A model generated the notes under the pieces. The model made no database searches and had not been told where the DNA came from. It was given only the letters and a program-made list of their open reading frames with translations. A program made the position numbers and the translations under genes. Positions 36,557 to 44,662 of a stretch of DNA of 52,139 bases are shown here, piece by piece. How positions within the stretch are numbered: position 1 is the stretch's first letter; each line of letters opens with the position of its first letter. The DNA is taken from positions 1 to 52,139 of IMG/VR virus record IMGVR_UViG_2541047752_000007, one strand, 5' to 3'. The DNA comes from a virus. Taxonomy: Duplodnaviria > Heunggongvirae > Uroviricota > Caudoviricetes.

Positions 36557-36976
36557 TTATTTGATTCTAATAATATCAATAAACCCGTTACCCAAATCTA
36601 CAATTGCGTAATTTTTTGCGCCCGCGCCGCCTTCATTAAAAATTCTTTCCGCGAAAGCAACTTTATTTGCCTTGCACTCGTTTGCTATCCTGTTTTTTAT
36701 TTCGCTATTATTTTCAAAGACTACGCCTACAGCAGCCTCGTTTACAAGGCCATAATTAAACCAGCGAGCATAAACTGGTTTACCTTCAAATTTTTTATCA
36801 ATTGCCTTAAAAAGAATTGCTGGCGCGGCTGGTTCTTTTTTGATCATGTCGTGATATGCTGCTACATGGTTTGCCACTTCTTCACAGTTAATGCTTATGG
36901 CCTCGTTAGCGTTCGCGTTAAATGCGAGTGCGGCAATCACAGTAAGTGCCATTTTTGCTAACCGTTTCATAATCAA
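36557..36976 (-). CDS. secreted (signal-peptide) protein, reverse-strand moron
   Basis: 139 aa; N-terminal MKRLAKMALTVIAALAFNANA signal peptide; convergent with chaperone gene. Confidence 0.5.
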   Translation of the reverse strand: MIMKRLAKMALTVIAALAFNANANEAISINCEEVANHVAAYHDMIKKEPAAPAILFKAIDKKFEGKPVYARWFNYGLVNEAAVGVVFENNSEIKNRIANECKANKVAFAERIFNEGGAGAKNYAIVDLGNGFIDIIRIK

Positions 36977-37200
36977 CTCCTACCGCTTATTATGATTTGC
37001 TAAATTCTTCCTTTAACTTATTTATACACGCATATTGTTTATTTTTTAAGTGCTTTTAACATTTCTTCGATGAAATCCGCATAGCGTTCATGTTCGTTGG
37101 GGCGGTAGTTTGCGTTTTTCATTTTCTTGTCCCCTTTTGCTTCCTCCGGTTAATCCGGCCTTTTAAATCCATTTGCTCTATCCCTTCCCTTTAGCTTCTT

Positions 37201-37240
37201 TATACAAAATGTATTCGTTGAAATGAAGCCATTTTGTATA
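37201..37240. repeat. perfect 11-bp inverted repeat upstream of tape measure gene
   Basis: tatacaaaatg - 18 bp spacer - cattttgtata; 40 bp upstream of TMP start. Confidence 0.8.
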
Positions 37241-37279
37241 AAATAGAGGCATACATCACATTCTGCATGAGGTTAAATC

Positions 37280-39619
37280 ATGGCTACCAGTGTAGGTACA
37301 ATTTATTACGAAGTTGATGCGAAAACTGGTCAACTTCTCGTTGCACAACGACAGGCAGACCAGGCCTTTGATCGTATAGAGCGCGGCGCAAAACAGGCTG
37401 ACCGCCAGGTAAACACCCTGAAAACATCCATCAAGGCACTGACCAGGGTTATCCATTTGCTAATTGCTGCCGAGGCTGTGCGCCAATTTATGGATATGGC
37501 GGAGCAAGCAAAAATGCTTCGCGTAAAAATCAAAATGCTTACGGGCGATGCAGAGTCCGCCGGACGGGTTTTTGACGGCCTGAAAGCAATATCCAGGGAG
37601 ACGGGTCAGAGCCTGAAGGATACTGGCGAACTATGGCAAGGCCTGGCTATCTCACTGAAGAACACGTCAGCTACCGAAGGTCAATTACTTAACCTTGTCG
37701 GCACTATTCAGAAAATGGGGGCGTTAGGCGGTGCGTCAGCAGAGCAAATGTCAAACTCTATGCGCCAGTTCCGCCAGTCTATAGACGGCGGCGTGCTGCG
37801 TGCTGAAGAATTTAACAGCCTACTTGAAAACACCCCGACCATCGTACAAACAATGGCCCGCCATATGGGATTATCAATGGGCCAGTTCCGCGCCGAAATG
37901 CTGGACGGTAAGATCACGGCAGAAAGGATGGTTAACGCAATCCAGGCGGCTACGCAGGAAACAAACGAGAAGTTTGCGCAGTTGCCGCGCACATCCGGCA
38001 CGGCTATCAATGAACTAAAAGTCGAGGTAATGGGTCTGGTGGAACAACTGGACGATCTTTTCGGTGTATCAGATGGCGTAGTCTCAGCTATCGACTTGAT
38101 CACAAAAGGAGTTAATGGGCTAGGTGAGGGCGCTAAATTCGCTAAAACCTGCTTTGATACGCTCAAAACGGCTGGTAGCGAATTCATCGACATGTTTGAT
38201 GATGTGGCTGTGAAGGCTGGCGAGGTGGCAGAGAAGATCATCGCAATGGTGACGCCAATCAAGGCGCTAATGGATGGCTATAAATGGATGAAAGAGATTG
38301 TCGATGAACGCAAGGAAGAACTAAACAGCAACAACGAGAAAAAATTTGGCCCTACCATCGGTAAATTCATGACGTTTAAAAACGACATTGAAAAGGCGAC
38401 CGCCGCTTATGACGAGCTTATGCAGAAACAGGCAGAAGCCAACGACGGAGCTATTACCGGATTCGATAAGCCAGTTGATAAGCCGAAAAAACAGAAAAAA
38501 GAGAAGAAATCGGAAGCTGATCGGCTTGGAGACAAGGGCATAAGCGTTTCTGATCAGTACAACAAAGACGCCGCCGCCATGCGCAAAGCGTTAGAGAACG
38601 GCAAGGCCATTGATGCTGCGTTCGCCCAGGGTAAAATCACACTCCTTGAGTACCGCGCCGCGCAAAAAGGGATCGGCAAGGAGCTGAAAGAAGAATTAGC
38701 GCAGATCCCGGTAGATGAATTGCGTGATAAATGGTCGCAAATAGTTAGCCCAATGGACCAGCTAAAAGGCGAAGTTGACCCTATCCAGCAGGCGCAAAAT
38801 GAATGGGCCGTCCGTAAGCAAATGCTTATCGACCTGGGCGCTACAGAAGCACAACAGAAACAGGAATTATTAGCCTATGAGCAGCAGATCCGCGATCTGA
38901 AGTGGGAACAGTGGCAGGCGCAAAGCCAGACAAACGGCCTGATCGGTGATTGCGTTAATGGCCTTAAAGGTGGCATGAGCAATGCGCTTGTTGGCCTGCT
39001 TAACGGTACTCAATCATTGAGCGATGTTTTTGCTAACTTAGGCAGCAATATACTTGGGAATATCGGTAACAGACTTTCGGACATAGCTGCCAACTGGATA
39101 GCAGATCAAATCATGATGGAGACACAAAGCAAAGCCACGCAGGCCAGCACAACGGCAAGCGCGGTTGCCGCTCAGGGAAGCATTGCTGCGGCGGCGGCCC
39201 CGGCGGCGGCAGCGACAGCGGCATCAACTGGCGGTAGCTGGGCGGCGGCTGGCTCGGCGGCGCTTACTGCGATCATGTCGCTGGCAACATCCATTTTCGG
39301 CGGCGGGCGCTTTAATGGTGGTAGCGTAATTGGTGGCAATATGTACCGCGTCGGGGAACATAACAGGCCGGAGCTATTCCAGACGTCTAACGGCAACCAA
39401 TACATGATCCCCGGCGAGAATGGCAGGGTTATCCCGGGCCGTGATATTGGCGGCGGCGGCGGTATCAGTATGCCTGTTTACATCGACATTCAAACCACAA
39501 ACGGATTTAGTGACGAAGACAGCCGCAGACTTGAACAGACAATGGAACGTGTAGCCATGAAAATGATAACAAGGGAATCGCAAAGACCTGGCGGGATGTT
39601 GCAACCGCGCCGCAAATAA
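37280..39619 (+). CDS. tail tape measure protein (lambda H-like)
   Basis: 779 aa; coiled-coil, Ala/Gly-rich C-terminal region; position. Confidence 0.85.
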   Translation: MATSVGTIYYEVDAKTGQLLVAQRQADQAFDRIERGAKQADRQVNTLKTSIKALTRVIHLLIAAEAVRQFMDMAEQAKMLRVKIKMLTGDAESAGRVFDGLKAISRETGQSLKDTGELWQGLAISLKNTSATEGQLLNLVGTIQKMGALGGASAEQMSNSMRQFRQSIDGGVLRAEEFNSLLENTPTIVQTMARHMGLSMGQFRAEMLDGKITAERMVNAIQAATQETNEKFAQLPRTSGTAINELKVEVMGLVEQLDDLFGVSDGVVSAIDLITKGVNGLGEGAKFAKTCFDTLKTAGSEFIDMFDDVAVKAGEVAEKIIAMVTPIKALMDGYKWMKEIVDERKEELNSNNEKKFGPTIGKFMTFKNDIEKATAAYDELMQKQAEANDGAITGFDKPVDKPKKQKKEKKSEADRLGDKGISVSDQYNKDAAAMRKALENGKAIDAAFAQGKITLLEYRAAQKGIGKELKEELAQIPVDELRDKWSQIVSPMDQLKGEVDPIQQAQNEWAVRKQMLIDLGATEAQQKQELLAYEQQIRDLKWEQWQAQSQTNGLIGDCVNGLKGGMSNALVGLLNGTQSLSDVFANLGSNILGNIGNRLSDIAANWIADQIMMETQSKATQASTTASAVAAQGSIAAAAAPAAAATAASTGGSWAAAGSAALTAIMSLATSIFGGGRFNGGSVIGGNMYRVGEHNRPELFQTSNGNQYMIPGENGRVIPGRDIGGGGGISMPVYIDIQTTNGFSDEDSRRLEQTMERVAMKMITRESQRPGGMLQPRRK

Positions 39620-39624
39620 CACTA

Positions 39625-39650
39625 AGGCCGCTATAAGCGGCCTTTATTTT
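39625..39650. terminator. bidirectional rho-independent terminator after tape measure gene
   Basis: aggccgc-tataa-gcggcct followed by ttatttt; between convergent genes. Confidence 0.55.
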
Positions 39651-39756
39651 ACATGGTAAGGATATAAATTAAACAGCACAGGAATGCGGGCGCGGCGAAG
39701 TCGCAAACGCTAGCCATATTCCATGCTTTTGGTAAAAAACCACCATACCACGGCAT
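39649..39756 (-). CDS. small hydrophobic peptide (35 aa)
   Basis: MPWYGGFLPKAWNMASVCDFAAPAFLCCLIYILTM; GGAGGG about 12 nt upstream; C-terminal part of ORF-track 39649-39840. Confidence 0.3.
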   Translation of the reverse strand: MPWYGGFLPKAWNMASVCDFAAPAFLCCLIYILTM

Positions 39757-39799
39757 TCTTTCTCGTTTCCCTCCGCAAAATTCCGCTATGTAACGATAT

Positions 39800-39934
39800 T
39801 CAGCCTGTGTGTTCCCGCGCAAAAAAGAATGTACATCCAATCAGGCCGCCAGTGAGATAATCGCCAGTAAGCAGGCCGATAACAACCTGTATAGTCGCCG
39901 CAGCCAGTGCGTGACCAATAACGGTTAAATCCAT
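39800..39934 (-). CDS. small glycine-zipper membrane peptide (44 aa)
   Basis: Hand-translated MDLTVIGHALAAATIQVVIGLLTGDYLTGGLIGCTFFFAREHTG; GGGAGGA RBS 7 nt upstream. Confidence 0.4.
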   Translation of the reverse strand: MDLTVIGHALAAATIQVVIGLLTGDYLTGGLIGCTFFFAREHTG

Positions 39935-39936
39935 CG

Positions 39937-40122
39937 TTAATCCTCCCGATCGTTCTCAAATGTGCCATCTACAAATTTTTGCAGCCCGGCGATAAGTTGT
40001 GTTGCCTGCGATTTTTCAATCACTATGGTTTCAGTCCCCATAAGTTCGGTTATCCACAGCCGACCATCCTCATCAAGATCTAACCTAACTCCGTAACATA
40101 ACTCTGTTTCGTCAATAATCAT
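39937..40122 (-). CDS. hypothetical acidic protein
   Basis: 61 aa; stop overlaps start of the 44-aa peptide gene. Confidence 0.4.
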   Translation of the reverse strand: MIIDETELCYGVRLDLDEDGRLWITELMGTETIVIEKSQATQLIAGLQKFVDGTFENDRED

Positions 40123-40231
40123 TTTTCCTCCTATAATCTTCCGTTACGTGCGACGTAACCCCTGCCGAACATCACTAACCAGATGTTCCAGATCTCCCGC
40201 TAGGTATATTTCTCCTCCTCCATATTCCACC

Positions 40232-40486
40232 TCACTTATGAGCGCCTTTCACTCCGCAATGACGGTTGTATTCCAGGTGATCGATAATTAACCAAATATT
40301 CAAATCTTCACTGAACAGCCGCCAGTCAGGATTGATATCGAATTTAAAGCCATAACCATCACGTAATTTTTTGGGGCGGGCTTCTTTTTTCAGGAAGGCG
40401 TTAAGCAACTTCTTGCCTTTCTTGATTACCCGTTCCTGTGCATTCTTTTGTGCTTTCAGGTTTTTTTCGATAGTTACCAGTTTCAT
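40232..40486 (-). CDS. hypothetical basic protein (84 aa)
   Basis: Lys-rich N-terminal half; possible toxin-like fold but no confident family. Confidence 0.4.
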   Translation of the reverse strand: MKLVTIEKNLKAQKNAQERVIKKGKKLLNAFLKKEARPKKLRDGYGFKFDINPDWRLFSEDLNIWLIIDHLEYNRHCGVKGAHK

Positions 40487-40503
40487 AACTCACCCCATCG
40501 TCC

Positions 40504-40659
40504 TTAGTTAAGCGCCCTCAGGAAGAAATCCCGGTATTCATCATCCTTCGCGTTCATCATGAATTGACCGTATTTGAATGCGTCGTCGAAACCCTTAACA
40601 ATTGCTACTTCCACTTGCTCGAATGCGTTGTTTAGCATCACTACTACATAGCTACTCAT
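40504..40659 (-). CDS. hypothetical small protein (51 aa)
   Basis: Hand-translated MSSYVVVMLNNAFEQVEVAIVKGFDDAFKYGQFMMNAKDDEYRDFFLRALN; 17 nt upstream of the 84-aa gene. Confidence 0.35.
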   Translation of the reverse strand: MSSYVVVMLNNAFEQVEVAIVKGFDDAFKYGQFMMNAKDDEYRDFFLRALN

Positions 40660-40772
40660 TTTTGGGCCTCACTTGCTGGTACCGCTTTTCTTCTTGCTTC
40701 CTGTATACAGCTTGTTGCTTCATGTGTGAATCCATATTGTAAACTAGCTATAATTCTTGTGATGAATATCTC

Positions 40773-40796
40773 ATTTTTCGCGTAGAAGCGCGTAAA
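40773..40796 (+). promoter_or_regulatory. conserved 24-bp motif upstream of tail gene M (copy 2)
   Basis: atttttcgcgtagaagcgcgtaaa, followed by tatacaaaatgtaa motif and RBS. Confidence 0.5.
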
Positions 40797-40830
40797 GATA
40801 TATACAAAATGTAACTTACAGGAGGGGGGT

Positions 40831-41184
40831 ATGCCGGAAGTGTTCAGATGGACACCACAGAGAAGCTACAGCGTAAACAGTGAGCCTAACGTGTCCGTTA
40901 TCAAGCTGGGCGATGGCTATGAACAGCGCCAGACAAAAGGGATTAATCCACTACTTGACAGCTATACGCTGGTCTTTAAAGGTACGAGCGCCGGATGCGG
41001 TGACGCCGGAAACGTGGCGCTCCAGGTTGACGCATTTTTAAGAGCACGTTGCGCGGTCGAGGCGTTTTACTGGACGCCATCTACAGACGGAGTGAAAAGG
41101 CTTTTTGTATGCCGAAAGTGGAGCATGGCGAAAGACGGCCCGGTATGCACTCTGAATGCAACGTTTGAACAAGTTATCAATTAA
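40831..41184 (+). CDS. M: minor tail protein M
   Basis: 117 aa; FRW, GDGYEQRQ, FEQVIN align with remembered lambda gpM. Confidence 0.8.
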   Translation: MPEVFRWTPQRSYSVNSEPNVSVIKLGDGYEQRQTKGINPLLDSYTLVFKGTSAGCGDAGNVALQVDAFLRARCAVEAFYWTPSTDGVKRLFVCRKWSMAKDGPVCTLNATFEQVIN

Positions 41185-41197
41185 TGGAGAAGTCAAT

Positions 41198-41383
41198 ATG
41201 TATGCTATTTGTGTAGTTGACCGCACGGGCGCTTTTACATTATTTGACGACTATGAAATCAAAGATCTTACCGTAAAGGCTGACAATGGCGAGATCTGGT
41301 ATCTTCATGACGTTGGTGACGGGTATGTCGGATGCAGATCGAGAGAGGGTAGGGAAGTTTTATTCTTGCTTGATGGCGTATAA
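41198..41383 (+). CDS. hypothetical small protein
   Basis: 61 aa from MYAICVVDR; GGAGA RBS. Confidence 0.4.
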   Translation: MYAICVVDRTGAFTLFDDYEIKDLTVKADNGEIWYLHDVGDGYVGCRSREGREVLFLLDGV

Positions 41384-41412
41384 ACACTACCCCGCGCGAA
41401 GCGGGGTTATTA

Positions 41413-41529
41413 TTATTCCATTTCCATTAACGCTATATTTTCCGCTATCGTTTTCCAGTCCAGATCTACAGCATGAACACCAAATACTATCAATCCCATT
41501 GCGATTAGTGCTAAAACTTCGATTTTCAT
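41413..41529 (-). CDS. small single-TM peptide (38 aa)
   Basis: MKIEVLALIAMGLIVFGVHAVDLDWKTIAENIALMEME; GAGG RBS. Confidence 0.35.
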   Translation of the reverse strand: MKIEVLALIAMGLIVFGVHAVDLDWKTIAENIALMEME

Positions 41530-41541
41530 AATCAACCTCAC

Positions 41542-41622
41542 TTAATTAAGAAAGGCATAAACGATGACAATCGCGCCAGCCACTACCAAAACGTTTTCGA
41601 TTACTTCGTCCACTCTATTCAT
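41542..41622 (-). CDS. small single-TM peptide (26 aa)
   Basis: MNRVDEVIENVLVVAGAIVIVYAFLN; start shares a base with upstream stop. Confidence 0.3.
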   Translation of the reverse strand: MNRVDEVIENVLVVAGAIVIVYAFLN

Positions 41623-41825
41623 TAAGGTAACTCCACTTCATTAAATGTAACAAGCACCCCTTGATTTTCTTTATTTATAATTATGAAGGCATTAATTGAA
41701 GGCAGACATCTTTCCACGCGGTAAACGTCACCAATATCTAAACTGTAATATTCTGTTAATTCTCTATTGTTCCCTTTAGCAAAACCCGTAAACCTAACCA
41801 TTCCTTGACCGTCGTACTTTAACAT
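41622..41825 (-). CDS. hypothetical protein
   Basis: 67 aa ORF in moron operon. Confidence 0.4.
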   Translation of the reverse strand: MLKYDGQGMVRFTGFAKGNNRELTEYYSLDIGDVYRVERCLPSINAFIIINKENQGVLVTFNEVELP

Positions 41826-41833
41826 ATACAGTC

Positions 41834-42082
41834 CTATAGGCTATCACGCAGATAATTAACGCCCTTATCAGTGACGAATGAATGATTAACCTGGTTTTCA
41901 TCCGTCATGATGATGAATAACTTTTCCTGTAGGTATTTCGCTTTCGGGTACAGCGTTAAGCAGACCTGGTACAAAATCCCGCGCTCAATCAGCAAATCAA
42001 TAAATTCGTGCTCATGATAACCGATAAGGCGGGCGGCCTGCTTCAACGTGTACACATAATCACTGTGATTGCGCCGCGCCAT
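41834..42082 (-). CDS. putative HTH DNA-binding protein
   Basis: 82 aa; YTLKQAARLIGYHEHEFIDLLIERGIL helix-turn-helix-like. Confidence 0.4.
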   Translation of the reverse strand: MARRNHSDYVYTLKQAARLIGYHEHEFIDLLIERGILYQVCLTLYPKAKYLQEKLFIIMTDENQVNHSFVTDKGVNYLRDSL

Positions 42083-42090
42083 ATTGCCAC

Positions 42091-42438
42091 CTATTTGTCG
42101 AACGCTCCAAGATTATCTATACAGAAATCCTTTGCCGCTTTTTCGTATTCGCGTTTTGCTTGCGGATCGTCAGCCGGGAAACCTTTTGCGTGTATTTCAC
42201 CAGGGCAAGACTGATCCATAGAGTCTGCAAAATTAACATTGAAGTTAACATTAATATCTTTCGGGTTCATATCTTCCACCTCATCAACTATCTGTACCGG
42301 ATTAGCAGCATATTTCACTGGATGGCCTAAACTACATTCAAGAATCCTGCCTTCTTCCAGGGCTACTTCTTCGCTATCAAATAATCCGAAACACTCCTTT
42401 CTGCCACTTAACCACACATCAAGACTGTATTTTTTCAT
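42091..42438 (-). CDS. hypothetical protein (about 115 aa from MKKYSL)
   Basis: ORF-track 42091-42540; internal start chosen to avoid long overlap. Confidence 0.4.
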   Translation of the reverse strand: MKKYSLDVWLSGRKECFGLFDSEEVALEEGRILECSLGHPVKYAANPVQIVDEVEDMNPKDINVNFNVNFADSMDQSCPGEIHAKGFPADDPQAKREYEKAAKDFCIDNLGAFDK

Positions 42439-42606
42439 TTTTGTTAGCCTCATATTTGACAGGTTCGATCTGGTATCCCAAAAGGCGGTCATCCTCAACA
42501 AGTAAAAGCGCGTCAACCAATGCTTCCCCCTCGTCGTCATACAGGGCGATAACCTTTTCCCTACCGTCTGTCATGAATGCCGTCAACTTCCATAGCTTTT
42601 CAGTCA
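42419..42606 (-). CDS. hypothetical small protein (62 aa)
   Basis: MTEKLWKLTAFMTDGREKVIALYDDEGEALVDALLLVEDDRLLGYQIEPVKYEANKNEKIQS; GGAGGTG RBS; first gene of moron operon. Confidence 0.45.
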
Positions 42607-42736
42607 TAACGCACCTCCGCGCCATTTTGTTAACTCCTCCTTCGTTTGAGTAAAATATACATATTGTAAAAACCACGATCAATCCATTTTGGTATGATTT
42701 GGCGTGACGCAGATCACAAAATGACAAGGTGAGAAA

Positions 42737-43441
42737 ATGCGCAATATTCCGAGAGAGATGATTATTGATTCCGTCGATGCCGGAGTTGGCGCGGTCATTG
42801 ACTTATTTGAACTGGACCTTACTCCCCTGGGAGGCGAGGTTATCCGCTTCCATTCCGGCGCGAACGGCTATTACGGCCAGGTTATCTGGAAGGGAGTAGC
42901 TTACAACAGCTACCCGATCGAGGCGACGGGCTTCGAAATGAAAAATGAGGGTGTTTATTCGCGGCCTCAAATGATTGTAGCCAATATCGGCGGACTCATT
43001 ACGGGGATGAACAACGATTTTAACGACCTTAGAGGAATGAAGGTTACGCGCCGCCAGGTGGAGGTGAAATATCTTGACGCCGTTAACTTCCCTAACGGTA
43101 ATCCAGACGCAGATCCATCTATTGAGGCTGTATCTTTTTACGTCGTTGAAGCAATGAGCGAAGAAACAGCGGATCAGGTGCAGTATGAACTGTCAACGCC
43201 AATTGATGCAGATAAAGCTGTCATCCCTGGGCGCACCATCCTTGCTGACGTTTGCCAGTGGCAATACAGAGGCGACGGGTGTATGTACGCTGGCGGACCA
43301 GTAGCAAACGATAAAGACGAGCCGACAAGCGATCCTAAAGCCGACAGATGTAGCCACCGTCTGAGCGGTTGTCGTTTACGTTTCCCGCGTCCAAATCCGT
43401 TACCAATTTCCTGTTTCCCCGGTTCAAGTAAGGTGGGCTAA
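42737..43441 (+). CDS. L: minor tail protein L
   Basis: 234 aa; LDLTPLGGE, ARFLDAVNFxNGN-like YLDAVNFPNGN, AVIPGRTILADVCQWQYRGDGC align with remembered lambda gpL. Confidence 0.85.
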   Translation: MRNIPREMIIDSVDAGVGAVIDLFELDLTPLGGEVIRFHSGANGYYGQVIWKGVAYNSYPIEATGFEMKNEGVYSRPQMIVANIGGLITGMNNDFNDLRGMKVTRRQVEVKYLDAVNFPNGNPDADPSIEAVSFYVVEAMSEETADQVQYELSTPIDADKAVIPGRTILADVCQWQYRGDGCMYAGGPVANDKDEPTSDPKADRCSHRLSGCRLRFPRPNPLPISCFPGSSKVG

Positions 43442-43443
43442 TT

Positions 43444-44175
43444 ATGGCACTTGAAGACAAAATGGTTCGCTACGCCGCAGCTCACCCGCGTGAGGAAGTT
43501 TGCGGCCTGGTGATAAATAACGAATATTTTTACCCGTGCGCTAACGTATCTGAAACGCCATACAACAGCTTCAAAATTTCGCCGGACGATTACATCAAAG
43601 CTGACGAATTAGGCGTTATAACCGCCGTTTTTCACTCTCACGTTGATGATATTCCGGTATTGTCTGCGCTGGATCGACAACAACAGGTTATTTCCGGCCT
43701 CCCGTGGCTTTTATGTTCCGGTGGCAGGGTTAGAAAATTCCGCCCGGTAGCGCACCTGTTAGGCCGAAAATTTGAGCACGGGAAAACAGACTGCTACGCG
43801 CTTTTCCGCGACGCATATCACCTTTGTGGCGTGGATCTGCCGGACTTCGAGCGCCTTGATGGCTGGTGGCTTCGCGGTGAAAACCTGTATTTAAAAAACT
43901 TGCCGCGAAACGGGTTTTATCAGGTTGATGCGCAAAGCATCCAGCCAGGTGACGTAATAATCAGGCAGCCGTTCAAAGGCGCTGACCCATGCCACGCGAT
44001 GATTTACCTGGGCGATAACACTGTTTTGCATCATGACAATGCCGGACTGTTAAGCCGCCGCGAGCAAATGCGGCCCGCTTATGTTCGACAAACGCATTCA
44101 ATATGGAGATCTGATAAATGCTCAAATTTAGATTTACGGGCAATCTTCGAAGATATTACAGCAAAGTGTGTTTAA
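43444..44175 (+). CDS. K: tail assembly protein K (MPN/JAB plus NlpC/P60-like)
   Basis: 243 aa; HSH.D metal motif, downstream Cys/His region; position after L. Confidence 0.8.
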   Translation: MALEDKMVRYAAAHPREEVCGLVINNEYFYPCANVSETPYNSFKISPDDYIKADELGVITAVFHSHVDDIPVLSALDRQQQVISGLPWLLCSGGRVRKFRPVAHLLGRKFEHGKTDCYALFRDAYHLCGVDLPDFERLDGWWLRGENLYLKNLPRNGFYQVDAQSIQPGDVIIRQPFKGADPCHAMIYLGDNTVLHHDNAGLLSRREQMRPAYVRQTHSIWRSDKCSNLDLRAIFEDITAKCV

Positions 44176-44648
44176 ACGTTGAAACGCCAGCGCAAGGGCT
44201 TCGCTTATTGACCGCGCAGAATCAGGAATTCAAGAAGGCGTTTTTAAACACTCCTTTGCGCTTACGAATTGCCGGGAAAGATTACGACGAAAAGACCGCG
44301 CCAGCTGCGGTTAATAGCAAATATCCAGATGGAACTACTGTGATTATTGCGCCAATAGTGGAAGGTGGTATTGCAGGTATTGGTGTGATCGGCTGGATTA
44401 TGATTGGGATATCAGTTGTCAGTGTCGCTTTTTCTATTTTTATGTCTCGCAACATGAAGGTAAAAACATCATCAGAAAGCGCACAGGACAACACCATAAC
44501 TAATAACACTTACACCAGCATAGAAAACAGGGTAGGCCAGGGTAGACCAGTGCCAATTTTATTAGGCGAAATGAAAGTAGGTTCAAACGTCGGATCGTTA
44601 GGCATAGACACAACCAACAATAAAGACGCCTTAGACGTTGTAAGTTAA
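44118..44648 (+). CDS. I: tail assembly protein I
   Basis: 176 aa; hydrophobic Gly-rich central segment; overlaps K end as in lambda. Confidence 0.7.
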   Translation: MLKFRFTGNLRRYYSKVCLNVETPAQGLRLLTAQNQEFKKAFLNTPLRLRIAGKDYDEKTAPAAVNSKYPDGTTVIIAPIVEGGIAGIGVIGWIMIGISVVSVAFSIFMSRNMKVKTSSESAQDNTITNNTYTSIENRVGQGRPVPILLGEMKVGSNVGSLGIDTTNNKDALDVVS

Positions 44649-44662
44649 CAGGAGAAATAACC

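Noticed and set aside
37708-38262. 184-aa minus-strand ORF inside the tape measure gene
   Set aside because: Antisense to a long, confidently called gene; Ser/Ala-rich composition reflects complement of Ala-rich coding sequence.
40232-40659. Assigning the 51-aa/84-aa pair to a named toxin-antitoxin family
   Set aside because: Only gene size and spacing suggest this; neither protein matches a family I can confidently recall, so it stays hypothetical.
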